From: Verrucomicrobiia bacterium
GTDB lineage: Bacteria; Verrucomicrobiota; Verrucomicrobiia; JADLBR01; JAIBCM01
DNA: 64,000 nucleotides
Assembly (NCBI GenBank): GCA_019694135.1
Contig: JAIBCM010000005.1
Location: 34,541 to 98,540, forward strand
Direction: 5' to 3'
In this document: positions 1 through 10,314 of the stretch, in pieces
Layout of the letters: every line of letters begins with the position of its first letter
Numbering within the stretch: position 1 is the first letter of the stretch
Program-made: the position numbers and the translations under genes
Notes under the pieces: generated by a model
Seen by the model: only the letters and a program-made list of their open reading frames with translations
The model's database searches: none
What the model was told of the DNA's origin: nothing

Positions 1-370
1 GTTTACGCCGGCCAAACAAAGGCACCGGCACCAAAGCTTGATAGTGAGAATCTTTAAAAAACCGAAAAAAACCTTCCTCCAACCATTCCATCAAAGCAAC
101 TCTTAACCAAAACCGACTTTCATACTTAAAATGATGAATGACCTCACGAACCGAGCCACGACTTAAATAAAAAGCGCGTGCCCGATCAAAATAACAAACC
201 ATCGACGCACAATTCGAACACGCCCAACCACTTATTTCGGCACAAGCAAACGGCTGACCACAACAATCGCAAAAAGGCGCCTGCAAAACATAGCAGCCCT
301 CTCGCACTTGCGGCCTAGGAAAAAACAGGTCAACAATCGGCTCCCAAAGTATTTCGAGTTTTTTTGCCAT
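1..370 (-). CDS. comF: ComF family protein (double zinc ribbon + phosphoribosyltransferase-like), truncated by the window edge
   Basis: Not in the ORF track; translated by hand from ATG at 370: MAKKLEILWEPIVDLFFPR...FCDCCGQPF...CSNC...VIHHFKY...LVPVPLFGRRK, open to position 1. CxxC pairs, HxFKY and LVPVPL match ComF. Confidence 0.85.
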   Translation of the reverse strand, partial: MAKKLEILWEPIVDLFFPRPQVREGCYVLQAPFCDCCGQPFACAEISGWACSNCASMVCYFDRARAFYLSRGSVREVIHHFKYESRFWLRVALMEWLEEGFFRFFKDSHYQALVPVPLFGRRK

Positions 371-1220
371 ATAACAATAAACCCAGAAACAAAATAACTA
401 ACAAAACCAAACAATCCACACCATCTAATAAATTTTTAGGAAGCCACCCCTTCCAAGGACCCTTTATATAATTTACCAAATCCGGCGCACTTTTGATTGA
501 TAACACCCAACCCGCATGCAACCCAACCCCCCACCAAATCGAACGAAACAACACAACCCCCATCGCCAAAATAATTCCAATCACAAAAAGAATCATCCAA
601 CGCAACCCATTTCGAGAATCGGAAAAAAAATAACCTGGCACACTCAACACATAATCCCAACCCGAATGCCAGCTCACCTGATAACCCTCACCAAATCCCT
701 GCGCCGACAGAAAATGCAAAGAAGCAAAAACCAAAGCGCTAATAACTACTGCTTTTTTAAGCGATAATCGCAAGCGCAACTCCTTTAAAAAAACGCCTCG
801 AAACAAAGGCTCCTCTAAAAAAGCCACCATCACCGCTGAAAAGAAAAACCCCAAAAACCGACTCCATTTCAAATCAAAATCCCATTCTCGAATTCCAAAA
901 GCCATCTGCCATCCCAACAAAACCCCCACACATCCCAGACCCAACAAAAATCCGAAAAACAATTTCCGAGCCCCACTCTGAAAACCAAAATCCTCCCCAC
1001 GCCGATAACCTTTTTTAATCAAAAGAGGAACCAAAATAAAAAGCGTTGAAATTAAAAAAATCCGATTAAAAACTCGTCGAAACGAAACCTCCTCCAACCA
1101 TTGTGGACCTTCCCATATAGCATTAACTCCTTGCACCCCTTGATAAATCCAAGGTGACAAAACAATTGCCAGCACTGGAGCTAACCCCAACCACCACCAC
1201 GAACAAACACGTTGCGACAT
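330..1220 (-). CDS. CPBP family intramembrane glutamic endopeptidase (CAAX protease-like/Abi)
   Basis: Multi-TM 296 aa protein with EEPLFRG, FASLH and GLHAGW motifs. Confidence 0.85.
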   Translation of the reverse strand: MSQRVCSWWWLGLAPVLAIVLSPWIYQGVQGVNAIWEGPQWLEEVSFRRVFNRIFLISTLFILVPLLIKKGYRRGEDFGFQSGARKLFFGFLLGLGCVGVLLGWQMAFGIREWDFDLKWSRFLGFFFSAVMVAFLEEPLFRGVFLKELRLRLSLKKAVVISALVFASLHFLSAQGFGEGYQVSWHSGWDYVLSVPGYFFSDSRNGLRWMILFVIGIILAMGVVLFRSIWWGVGLHAGWVLSIKSAPDLVNYIKGPWKGWLPKNLLDGVDCLVLLVILFLGLLLYGKKTRNTLGADC

Positions 1221-1289
1221 GCACCTACTATGACACGAAATTCATCGCCATTTGGCAAACTGTTTTTTTAAAAGCAAGATCGGAATAGA

Positions 1290-1448
1290 GATCCCCGGGT
1301 CAAACCCGAGGATGACATCGATCGGAATGAATTTCTTAATCCGTCTCCTCCTTTCATGGTATCTGCGAGTTTGCGATAAATGTCAAAGCTCTCATAGTTT
1401 AAGATGTTGATTGCACCCATTGTCATCCTCGGGTTTGACCCGGGGATC
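1290..1448. repeat. Pair of perfect 28-bp inverted repeats (1290-1317 and 1421-1448), each itself a hairpin; REP/RPE-like
   Basis: GATCCCCGGGTCAAACCCGAGGATGACA and its exact reverse complement TGTCATCCTCGGGTTTGACCCGGGGATC, 103 bp apart in an intergenic region. Confidence 0.85.
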
Positions 1449-1546
1449 CAATCTTTTTGAATTCTTATTTTCGTTAACAATATACCCTGTTGCCAGTTTT
1501 TAGTCGCTCGCAAGCTATTTTTCGTATGCTAAAAAACTTTTTCTCA

Positions 1547-1575
1547 TTGCAGGTCGTCTCAACTAATCTTAAAAT
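1547..1575 (+). promoter_or_regulatory. Putative sigma70-type promoter TTGCAG-N17-TAAAAT
   Basis: The -10 box ends 6 nt before the GTG at 1582. Confidence 0.5.
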
Positions 1576-1581
1576 TAGAAA

Positions 1582-3588
1582 GTGCGTTACTTCCATCGAC
1601 TCGCTTGTTTCATTGGCTTATGGCTTAGCCTAGGAATCAGCACGCTTATGGCAGCCGACCCAGGCGATCTTTATCTTCAATTCTATTTCCAATTGCAAGA
1701 AGCTCAGAAATCCGAAAAAAGTGGCGACGCCTCCAACGCCCTGCGTCTTTACCAACTTTCTTACAGCCTACTCAATCGCATTAAAGAAGATTACCCTGAC
1801 TGGCGGCCAGACTTAATCAATTATCGTGGCCGATTTTGTCGCGAACGAATCAATGCTCTGCGTGGAAAATCTAACGCCCTTACCCCTAGTTTGGTGCCCT
1901 CCAACGGTTCCTCAGAAGAAGTCAGAAACTTAAGAGAAACCCTCATGAGCCAGGAAAATCAACTTGCGGAAACACGTAAAACTCTTGAGCAAACACGTAT
2001 TTCTCTAGCCGATTTACAAAAAGAGCTTAATGAAAGCCGAACTAACCAAGCCACTTTACAAAAACAGCTTCAAGACAATCAAGCCGAACGAGAAACCCTA
2101 CAAAGCCAACTCGCCACGGCTCAAAAAGATTTCCAGGAACTTTCCTCACAAACCACCGATTCGCGCGTGGAAAAATTAACCACTCAACTCGAAGAAGCGA
2201 AAAAAGAAAATCAACAGAATCAAGAAGAACAAGCCAAACTTTTGGAAAAAATTTCTCTAACTGAAAAAGAAATCGCCGCGCTTAAAACAGGCTCTCAAGT
2301 TAGCAAGGAAGCGGATCAAAACGATCTCACCGCCCTAAAAGAAACTCTAAACGAAAAAGAAAAACAACTCGCCGAACTTCAAGAACAACTCGAAGCTACG
2401 AAAAAAAATCTAGAAACATCACAACAAGAAATCGCCGCGTTGCGTGCGGGAGAAATGGATCAACGCGTCACCCAACTCTTGGAAGAAAATGCGCAACTCA
2501 ATGAAAAACTAAAAATTGCTGCTGCTCAGCTGACGCCCGACACCAACACCCTTTCCAATCCCGACATTGAAACGTTAAAAAACCAACTCGAAAGCATAAA
2601 ACAACAATTAATCAGCGCCGAAACACAAAATGCTGAATACGAAAAAACAGTTTCTTCCTTGCGCGAACAGCTCAACGCTCAAAAAGAAAAATTCTTATCT
2701 ATGGAGCTCACCCTCCAACAAACTAGCAGCAATAGCACCTTATCCGCTCAAGCCAATTCGCTCCAACAAGAAAATGAAGTCTTACGCAACATTATCGATC
2801 GCCAAATGAAAGAAGAAGCTCGTCGTGAAGCTGCTAAAAAAATCGCTCTCGAAGAATTAAAACAACTCAAAGTGCAATCCCAAGTTCTCACTAAACAAAT
2901 AGAAATTTTGGCCTCTCCCACCCTGATGCTTTCAGAAAATGAACTCGCTCTACTTCAACAACCTGCCCCCACACCTATTGCTAGCCATCAATCGACTGAT
3001 CTCGATGACGAAATTCATCCCACACTGCTTCCTCCTCGCACCATGGAAGCCACTGCTAAAGAAGCCAAAGCCTTTTTCAACACTAAAAACTACGAAAAAG
3101 CGGAAGAAAAATTTCAAGAAATTCTCGATCGCTATCCCGACAACGTTTACGCGCTTTCCAATCTTGGCGTCGTTTATTTTCAACAAGCAAAATATAAAGA
3201 AGCAGAAGCCACTTTAAGCAAAGCCGTGAAATATGAACCCAATGACGGTTTTTCTCACTCCATTCTTGGCATCGTTTATTACATGACTCAACGTTATGAT
3301 GATGCCATCAACACCTTAACACGCGCCGTCACCTTGGATCCGAAAGATCCTCAAACTCGCAACTATCTAGGCATCGCTTGCTCCCAAAAAGGCTGGCTAT
3401 CCGTTGCGGAACAAGAAATTCGCAAGGCGCTAGAGATTAATCCCAATTATGGCGAAGCCCATTTTAACCTTGCCGTCATTTACGCTTCGCAAAAACCGCC
3501 TGCTAAAGAAATCGCTAATCAACATTACCAACAAGCCATGAACTTAGGCGTCAAAGCCGATAAAAATCTGGAAAAAATGTTGCAATAA
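1582..3588 (+). CDS. Exported coiled-coil + tetratricopeptide repeat protein
   Basis: N-terminal signal-like segment, long Q/E/K/L heptad region, and about five C-terminal TPRs (ALSNLGVVY, HSILGIVY, NYLGIA, HFNLAVIY). Confidence 0.8.
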   Translation: MRYFHRLACFIGLWLSLGISTLMAADPGDLYLQFYFQLQEAQKSEKSGDASNALRLYQLSYSLLNRIKEDYPDWRPDLINYRGRFCRERINALRGKSNALTPSLVPSNGSSEEVRNLRETLMSQENQLAETRKTLEQTRISLADLQKELNESRTNQATLQKQLQDNQAERETLQSQLATAQKDFQELSSQTTDSRVEKLTTQLEEAKKENQQNQEEQAKLLEKISLTEKEIAALKTGSQVSKEADQNDLTALKETLNEKEKQLAELQEQLEATKKNLETSQQEIAALRAGEMDQRVTQLLEENAQLNEKLKIAAAQLTPDTNTLSNPDIETLKNQLESIKQQLISAETQNAEYEKTVSSLREQLNAQKEKFLSMELTLQQTSSNSTLSAQANSLQQENEVLRNIIDRQMKEEARREAAKKIALEELKQLKVQSQVLTKQIEILASPTLMLSENELALLQQPAPTPIASHQSTDLDDEIHPTLLPPRTMEATAKEAKAFFNTKNYEKAEEKFQEILDRYPDNVYALSNLGVVYFQQAKYKEAEATLSKAVKYEPNDGFSHSILGIVYYMTQRYDDAINTLTRAVTLDPKDPQTRNYLGIACSQKGWLSVAEQEIRKALEINPNYGEAHFNLAVIYASQKPPAKEIANQHYQQAMNLGVKADKNLEKMLQ

Positions 3589-3608
3589 TTAGGCGCTCCT
3601 TGATTTAA

Positions 3609-4658
3609 ATGAACTCGCCAACCTCAATCCAAGACACCCTTTGGATGCGTCGTGCCATTACCTTAGCCCAAAAAGGCATAGGTCTCACCAGCCCGAACCC
3701 TTGTGTGGGCGCTATTTTAGTTAAAAACAATCGAGAAATTGGGAAAGGCTTCCACCAACAAGCAGGAAAAGATCACGCTGAAATCGTAGCGATTGCCAAT
3801 GCTCGAAAACGAAACAAAAGCGTTCGACATAGCACGCTCTATGTCACCTTGGAACCTTGCTCAACCCACGGCAAAACTCCACCTTGTGTCGATGCCATTA
3901 TTCAAAGTGGCATCGCTCGAGTCGTGATCGGCGCCACCGATCCTAATCCGCTTCATGCCGGTCGCGCCTTTCGAAAACTTCGAGCACATGGCATTTCAGT
4001 TACTTGTGGCATTTTAACTGAAGAATGCGAAGAATTGAATCGCGCCTTCAATCATTGGATCACCACTGGACAACCCTGGGTCATCGCTAAAATTGCAATG
4101 AGTTTAGATGGTAGAATTGCTCCACATCCCAAACACAACTCTCGTCGCATTACTTCCCCAGAAGCCATTCGCCGCTCTCATTTTTATCGTCTCAGAGCCG
4201 ATGCTATTGTGATCGGCGCTGAAACCGTGCGCACCGACAATCCCCGACTCACCGTGCGCTTGGGAAAGCTTTCACACAAAAAAAAACAACCCTGGCGCGT
4301 GATCATTACCCGCACGGGTCGCATTCCAACTCAAGCCCATCTTCTTACTGACCGCTATCGCAATCGCACGCTTATTTTTGCGAATCAGCCTTTGCAACAT
4401 AGCCTCAAACAACTTGGAAAAAACGGAGTCACATGCATTTTGCTCGAAGGCGGAGGACAACTTCTCGCGAGCGCTTTCGAAGCCAATCTGGTTCATGAAA
4501 TCGCTTTTTTTATCGCACCCAAACTAATAGGCGGCAGAACACTAGCTTTCTTCACACATCAATATTTCGGGAAAAAAGGCCTCGCATTAAAAAATTTTTC
4601 CTTCGAAAAAACTGGATCTGATCTATTATTGAAAGGTTATGTTCACCGGACTCGTTGA
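3609..4658 (+). CDS. ribD: Bifunctional diaminohydroxyphosphoribosylaminopyrimidine deaminase/reductase
   Basis: SPNPCVGA, HAE, TLEPC...PPC deaminase motifs; SLDGRI and LLEGGG reductase motifs. Confidence 0.95.
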   Translation: MNSPTSIQDTLWMRRAITLAQKGIGLTSPNPCVGAILVKNNREIGKGFHQQAGKDHAEIVAIANARKRNKSVRHSTLYVTLEPCSTHGKTPPCVDAIIQSGIARVVIGATDPNPLHAGRAFRKLRAHGISVTCGILTEECEELNRAFNHWITTGQPWVIAKIAMSLDGRIAPHPKHNSRRITSPEAIRRSHFYRLRADAIVIGAETVRTDNPRLTVRLGKLSHKKKQPWRVIITRTGRIPTQAHLLTDRYRNRTLIFANQPLQHSLKQLGKNGVTCILLEGGGQLLASAFEANLVHEIAFFIAPKLIGGRTLAFFTHQYFGKKGLALKNFSFEKTGSDLLLKGYVHRTR

Positions 4659-5250
4659 AGAAGTTGGCCAAGTTATCGCCTTTAAAAAAGAAGCTGCGCA
4701 AATTCATTTTGTGATTCAAGCCCCCAAAATTGCTCCTTTACTTCATATCGGTGACAGTATTGCTGTTAACGGTTGTTGTTTGACCGCAATAAAAATTCAA
4801 GATCATCAACAAATCATTTTTGATTTACTAAACGAAACCTTAGTTCGCACCAATTTTTCGCAATTAGAAACAGGTCACCGCGTTAATCTAGAAACTGCAG
4901 TTAAACCTACCACTCATCTCGGAGGACACTTTGTCAGCGGCCATGTGGACACAACGGCTTACATTCTAGCGCTAGAAAAACAGGCCACCGAATGGAGTCT
5001 GGAAATTGCGATTCCTCAAAATTACGAACGCTACACGGCTAACCAAGGTTGCATCGCCATAGACGGCATCAGCCTCACCATCGCCGAAACATTGCCAGGA
5101 AAAATTCGATTAGGCATTGTGCCTCACACCTGGAATCACACGAATTTAGCTTATCGAAAAATAAAAGATCAGGTAAATTTGGAATTTGATCTTTTAGCAA
5201 AATATACGGAAAAAATATTAACCTCACACACTGCATGCTCGAAACCCTAA
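4639..5250 (+). CDS. ribE: Riboflavin synthase (alpha chain)
   Basis: MFTGLVEE start, GDSIAVNGCCLT, GGHFVSGHVD, VNLEFD. Confidence 0.95.
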   Translation: MFTGLVEEVGQVIAFKKEAAQIHFVIQAPKIAPLLHIGDSIAVNGCCLTAIKIQDHQQIIFDLLNETLVRTNFSQLETGHRVNLETAVKPTTHLGGHFVSGHVDTTAYILALEKQATEWSLEIAIPQNYERYTANQGCIAIDGISLTIAETLPGKIRLGIVPHTWNHTNLAYRKIKDQVNLEFDLLAKYTEKILTSHTACSKP

Positions 5251-5939
5251 ACCATCTTCTTCTCCTACAACAACACGACAAAAAAATTCGTGCGTTGCAA
5301 CGTCAAAAACAAAATTTACCTTTGGAACAAACTCGCCTCCAACAACAACTCACCCATCAACAACAAAGCCTGCAATCTCAAAAATTAGAAGCGCAAAAAA
5401 TCGAATCAAATCGAAAAAAACTCGACCTCGATGCGCAAACTCAACAGCAACATATTTTCAAATTACGCAGCCAACTGCAACAAACCCGAAAAAATGAGGA
5501 ATACAGCGCTCTGTTGCACGAAATCGAGCAAGCCGAAAAATCCATTGTTACTTTAGAGGACGAAGAACTCGTTCTGATGGAACAATACGAACAAGCTATG
5601 GCGCATTGGAATGAAGAAGCGAAAAAAAATAGCTCCAAAGAAAAGGTTTTTCAGGAACAAATGAGTCAAATGAAAGTTCAGTTGGAAAGCGTGGAAAAAG
5701 AGCTAAATCAATTGCTCGCCGAAAGAAGCGCTTATCTTAAAAATATTCCTGAAGATATTTTGAATCGTTATGAACGATTACTCCAAAGCAAGGACGACGC
5801 CATTGTGCCTATAGAACATCGAACCGTTTGCGGTGGGTGTCATTTAACTCTCATGAGCCAAACATTGCTCGACTGCAAAACGCAAAACAAAATGGTAAGT
5901 TGCGAAAACTGTGGTCGTTTTCTTTATTGGCCTAACTAA
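5235..5939 (+). CDS. Coiled-coil protein with C-terminal C4 zinc ribbon (DUF164/CT398-like)
   Basis: Long coiled coil followed by CGGC...CENCGRFLY. Confidence 0.85.
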   Translation: MLETLNHLLLLQQHDKKIRALQRQKQNLPLEQTRLQQQLTHQQQSLQSQKLEAQKIESNRKKLDLDAQTQQQHIFKLRSQLQQTRKNEEYSALLHEIEQAEKSIVTLEDEELVLMEQYEQAMAHWNEEAKKNSSKEKVFQEQMSQMKVQLESVEKELNQLLAERSAYLKNIPEDILNRYERLLQSKDDAIVPIEHRTVCGGCHLTLMSQTLLDCKTQNKMVSCENCGRFLYWPN

Positions 5940-5983
5940 AATAACGCAAAACTTTCTGTCGACCCAAAGTTGCTAGAGAATTC

Positions 5984-7084
5984 TTACACCTTTGGCGCTT
6001 CGTAAGTCATGCCGAATGCTTCGGCAACCGGTTTACAGGTCACTTTGCCATCTTGCACATTAATGCCACCCACTAACTGAGGCTGGCGCTGACAGGCTTT
6101 GGCCAATCCATTATCGGCTAAATTTTCGATGTAAGGATAAGTGGCATTGGTCAAAGCTTGAGTCGCCGTGCGCGCATAAGCGCCCGGCATGTTGGCGACG
6201 CAGTAATGCACTACGCCTTCTTCCATATAAACTGGTTCTTCGTGTGTTGTCGGTCGCGAAGTTTCAACGCAACCCCCTTGATCAATCGCAATATCCACCA
6301 GCACAGTGCCCGGTTTCATAAGTTTCAACATATTACGAGTAATCAACTTGGGCGCGCGCGCGCCCGGCACCAAAACTGCACCCACTAACAAATCTACCGT
6401 AGGCAATAATTCCTCCACATGCGCTTCACTCGAATAAAGCGTGTGAGCCGTGTGAAGTGTGATATCTAAAAAACGCATGCGTTCGGCGTCTACTTCCAAA
6501 ATTGTAACATCCGCACCCAATCCGGTTGCCATACGCGCTGCGTTAATCCCCGAGCTGCCACCACCAATCACCACGACTTTGCCCGGTAATACACCCGGGA
6601 CACCACCAAGCAAAACACCTTTTCCACTCTGATGCTTGGCCAAAAAATAACCTCCCACAATAATCGACATGCGTCCGGCAATTTCGCTCATCGGTTCCAA
6701 CAAAGGCAAACGACGATTTACTTCAATCGTTTCATAAGCTACTGCCGTGCATCCCGATTTTATTAACGCTTCGGTCAACGGTCGCGCAGCCGCTAAATGT
6801 AAATACGTAAAAAGCAACTGACCTTTTCTTAGCAAGTTATATTCGGAAATGAGCGGTTCTTTCACCTTAACAATCATCTCTGCCTTTTCAAAAACAGTGG
6901 CATGCTCCTCGATGATTTGGGCGCCAGCTCGCACGTATTCTTCATCCGGATAGCCTGAGCCAGCGCCGGCATTGCGCTCAACCAAAACTTGATGACCGCG
7001 TTTAATGAGTTGATAGGCCGCTGAGGGAAGTAATGCGACTCGATTTTCTTGTGCTTTAATTTCTTTAGGGACACCGATAATCAT
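5984..7084 (-). CDS. ald: Alanine dehydrogenase
   Basis: IGVPKEIK..ENRVAL, VKVKEP, LFTYLHLA, PMSEIAGR, DIAIDQGG, HYCVANMPGA. Confidence 0.95.
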   Translation of the reverse strand: MIIGVPKEIKAQENRVALLPSAAYQLIKRGHQVLVERNAGAGSGYPDEEYVRAGAQIIEEHATVFEKAEMIVKVKEPLISEYNLLRKGQLLFTYLHLAAARPLTEALIKSGCTAVAYETIEVNRRLPLLEPMSEIAGRMSIIVGGYFLAKHQSGKGVLLGGVPGVLPGKVVVIGGGSSGINAARMATGLGADVTILEVDAERMRFLDITLHTAHTLYSSEAHVEELLPTVDLLVGAVLVPGARAPKLITRNMLKLMKPGTVLVDIAIDQGGCVETSRPTTHEEPVYMEEGVVHYCVANMPGAYARTATQALTNATYPYIENLADNGLAKACQRQPQLVGGINVQDGKVTCKPVAEAFGMTYEAPKV

Positions 7085-7148
7085 AAGTGTCAGCAGATTG
7101 ACGAGAATTTTTAGAACGTAAAGGCAAATTAATCAGAAGTCACCAACC

Positions 7149-7898
7149 CTAAGCCAACTTCGCTAAAACTTCATCAGCAATTTCACTATTGGCGTAAACA
7201 GCTTGTACATCGTCATGATCTTCCAATGCTTCGACCAATAGTAAAACTTGTTGGGCAACTTGTTCATCGCTCACCGTCATCGGATTGGTAGAAAGATAAG
7301 TGAATTGACTTTTTTCCACAGGCAAATTGGCTTTTCTCAACTCGGCTTCCACCGCATACAATTTTTCCGGCAATGTTGTCACTTCGAAATTTTCATCGCC
7401 CAGTTGCACATCCTCAGCGCCCGCCTCCAGCGCGGCATTCATGATCTGTTCTTCGGTTGTAGATTTTTGGGGAATTAGGATCAGGCCTTTACGCTGAAAC
7501 ATCCAAGCCACACTTCCTGGAGCGCTCATGTTTCCCGCATTTTTTGTGAAAAGGCTGCGAATTTCGGCAGCGGTTCGATTTTTATTATCCGTAGTCGCTT
7601 CCACAAGCAAAGCAACGCCGCTAGGACCATAACCTTCATAGGTCATTTCCTCATAACTTTCCCCACCTAACTCACCTGAGCCTTTTTTAATCGCGCGATT
7701 AATGGTGTCATTGGTCATCGACTCAGCTTTGGCATTGGCAATTGCTTGTCGCAATCGCGGATTAAAACCCGGATCGGCCCCGCCCAATTTGGTTGCCATC
7801 GAAATTTCTCGCGCTAATCGGCCAAATAGTTTTCCTTTCTTCGCGTCCGATGCGCCTTTCGCTCGCTTGATTTTTGCCCAATGTGAATGTCCTGCCAT
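7149..7898 (-). CDS. yebC: YebC/PmpR family DNA-binding regulator
   Basis: MAGHSHWAKIK start at 7898 (the ORF track extends to 7934); YEGYGP, TDNKNRT, DDVQAVY. Confidence 0.95.
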   Translation of the reverse strand: MAGHSHWAKIKRAKGASDAKKGKLFGRLAREISMATKLGGADPGFNPRLRQAIANAKAESMTNDTINRAIKKGSGELGGESYEEMTYEGYGPSGVALLVEATTDNKNRTAAEIRSLFTKNAGNMSAPGSVAWMFQRKGLILIPQKSTTEEQIMNAALEAGAEDVQLGDENFEVTTLPEKLYAVEAELRKANLPVEKSQFTYLSTNPMTVSDEQVAQQVLLLVEALEDHDDVQAVYANSEIADEVLAKLA

Positions 7899-7904
7899 GA
7901 CACT

Positions 7905-7934
7905 AGTGTAATCGAAAATAGGAACATCCGTCAA
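7905..7934 (-). promoter_or_regulatory. Putative promoter TTGACG-N18-TACACT for yebC
   Basis: On the minus strand the -10 box ends 6 nt before the ATG at 7898. Confidence 0.5.
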
Positions 7935-7997
7935 CTGACAGACTCAATTGGCTTATTTTAAAAATATCTTAGGATCGAGCTAATGAACTCTGCGAAT

Positions 7998-8897
7998 CTA
8001 CATTCCCCAACCTGAATTATTTATAATAGAATTCTCTACTTTTCTAAAACCGCTTTGTGTTTCTTTTCCCAATTGATCAAAAGCTCGATCCAGTTTTACA
8101 GCGCCTGCCTCCACAGCGTTTTCTAAGTTGGCTCGCGAATCAACGGATTGACCAACAACAGTTGCTCCCAAATCAACAGCGCCAAAAACCAAAGTATCAA
8201 CCTTATCGGCTACTTCAGCCCCACCATTAATAATAGGCCTAAAATAAGGGTGCAAAGGATGTTCAGGAAGACGACCTTGCACAGGATCACTACCTGTAAT
8301 CCCAGATGCCACTATAAAGCCACCCCCAACTATCACATCTTTACCCACCTCAGCTTCAAAAGCTACCGCTGCATTCTCAAATTCTGCCATAAGTGAAGCC
8401 AATTCTTCACTGGCATTAGTAAATTGGCCAAGCACTTGAGCAATAGCCTCTTTGCTGACACCCTCTCCTGTTCTTGCGGCAAACTCCATTGCCCTTATGT
8501 AGGCAGCAGCAGTAGCATCATTGATCTTTTGGGCAATAGTAACTAGCTTTTTCGCTGAAGCCGCACAAGAGCTTCCCTCTGAAGCGGCAACAATGGCTTG
8601 AGTAGCTCTAAGTAGATTAGCCGCATTATTATTTGCAAGACCAGCTCTTGTTACAATAGAAGAAAATGTTACTGCAGATCTACTCCCACTATTAATAAGG
8701 CCATTAGTCAGACTCATTTCTTCATAAATGCCTCTAATAGCTACATTCACGTCAGCTATTGCCGCTAAACGCACTCCTCTTGCAGCTTCTGCCACTTCAG
8801 CAACACGCGCCAATTTTGCCGCCTCAGCTGCGGTATCAACTTCAGGAGCTATTCCAAACAAACGACCCAAAAGTCGCATAACTTTACCTTTAGCCAT
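7998..8897 (-). CDS. Orphan Ala-rich helical protein A (299 aa)
   Basis: Long ORF with SD-like AAGGA and upstream TTGACA; no family motif recognised. Confidence 0.75.
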   Translation of the reverse strand: MAKGKVMRLLGRLFGIAPEVDTAAEAAKLARVAEVAEAARGVRLAAIADVNVAIRGIYEEMSLTNGLINSGSRSAVTFSSIVTRAGLANNNAANLLRATQAIVAASEGSSCAASAKKLVTIAQKINDATAAAYIRAMEFAARTGEGVSKEAIAQVLGQFTNASEELASLMAEFENAAVAFEAEVGKDVIVGGGFIVASGITGSDPVQGRLPEHPLHPYFRPIINGGAEVADKVDTLVFGAVDLGATVVGQSVDSRANLENAVEAGAVKLDRAFDQLGKETQSGFRKVENSIINNSGWGM

Positions 8898-9067
8898 ATT
8901 GGATCCTTCTGTTGAAGTTTAAATTTATATTTTCCCTATAACTAGGTTAACTAGTTTTAACTCATTAATAAGAGTGCTGTCAAATTTTATATCGAATCGT
9001 CTATCCTATTCAAACCAACAGTAATTTGAGGCTAATATTTTATCGCCAGTTCCCATATTCGAGCTGT

Positions 9068-10150
9068 TTAGGGAGAAATTTTGGGCACAGGATCGGAAGC
9101 TACCGGCGAATTCGGAGTCGCGACATTCGGTGTTTGTTTCGCAGCATCTTGTTGAGCCTCTAGAACCTTCCATGCCGCTTCCACATTGGCTCGCATCCTG
9201 GCAATTTCGGCTCGTGTCGAAGCTTGAGGAATCGGATCATCACATTTCGGTTGATTGGGCATGTTAGCATACTGAACACCTACCACTCCCAATTCTGTCA
9301 TCGCTCCAGCTCCTGACCAATCCAAAACATCCGGCGATAAACCCATCATTCCTGTATCGGGCCCTTCTTTTAAACTAGCCCACACCTTTTGTCCAAAGGA
9401 AGGTTCTTTTCGTCTCGCTTTTTTCTCAACTTCACAATCTACTTTGAGACGAAATTCCAGGTCATCTATTAAATCCTCAGCAGCTTGAACTTCCTCTGGT
9501 TTCAAAGCCACAAGTGTTGCTCCTGTTCCACCCACGATTGCTACAATGCGAGCTGCTTGTTGCTCAAATAGCGCGTTAGCTATTTCTAACGCGGCTACAG
9601 CATGTTCCGTAGCGCGGATTATGTCATCGCAATCTTTAACCGCTTGCTCTAATAATTTCGGAAGATCATCAATTTTTTTATTTTTAATGGCTTGCATGAC
9701 TCCCTCATACGAATCCACCCCACGCATTGCACCGTTTTGATATTTATGAATCACATCGGCAACAGCTTCAAAAGTGGCAAGCTCTTTCTTTATAATTTCA
9801 TAAACTTCGTCAGGTATCCCAGATATTTTAGAAACCTTATCCAAAAATAACGAAAATTCACCATGTCCAGCTTGCATGGCTTCTAAAAGAGCTCCAAATG
9901 CCTCTCCTCCTTCCAAAATACCAGATTCTGCATTTGTCGAAAATTGCACTAATTTATCAAAATTTTGGCTCTGCAACCTCAAATTTGCAGGATCTCTAGA
10001 AAGTAGTCTGGCAGCATCTAACGTTTCTTGTCCCTTCTTAAATGTTTCAAGTGCAGCTCTGGCATCGCGCGCGAAATCCTTAGCTATAAGCACGCGGCCT
10101 GCCGCGCGTTCTGCAATAACTCGAGCTAACAATCTAGCTGCTGGCGTCAT
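9068..10150 (-). CDS. Orphan Ala-rich helical protein B (360 aa)
   Basis: Long ORF with SD-like AAGGA; hydrophobic segment IVAIVGGTGATLVAL; Pro-rich tail. Confidence 0.75.
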   Translation of the reverse strand: MTPAARLLARVIAERAAGRVLIAKDFARDARAALETFKKGQETLDAARLLSRDPANLRLQSQNFDKLVQFSTNAESGILEGGEAFGALLEAMQAGHGEFSLFLDKVSKISGIPDEVYEIIKKELATFEAVADVIHKYQNGAMRGVDSYEGVMQAIKNKKIDDLPKLLEQAVKDCDDIIRATEHAVAALEIANALFEQQAARIVAIVGGTGATLVALKPEEVQAAEDLIDDLEFRLKVDCEVEKKARRKEPSFGQKVWASLKEGPDTGMMGLSPDVLDWSGAGAMTELGVVGVQYANMPNQPKCDDPIPQASTRAEIARMRANVEAAWKVLEAQQDAAKQTPNVATPNSPVASDPVPKISP

Positions 10151-10314
10151 AAATTCACATTCCTTTTCTACTGCTTACTATTGTCTCAAACTTCCTAACA
10201 ATAAATGAAAGGCAATTAAACACCGATGTTTCCCTGTGTCAAATGCTACTTGGCTTTCGGCTCTTCAGCTATTCAGTTGAACTTGTCATTTATTACTTGT
10301 CACTAATCTCACCA

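Noticed and set aside
1268-1513. 81-aa ORF spanning the inverted repeats
   Set aside because: Its distinctive peptides are just translations of the palindromic repeats, and it has no SD or family motif. Treated as non-coding.
3589-3608. FMN riboswitch upstream of ribD
   Set aside because: The gap is only 20 bp and contains no RFN motif.
10281-10302. ACTTGTCA direct repeat (two copies, 14-bp period) between orphan B and hpnH
   Set aside because: There are only two 8-bp copies, which cannot be distinguished from chance or promoter-like sequence without genome-wide counts.
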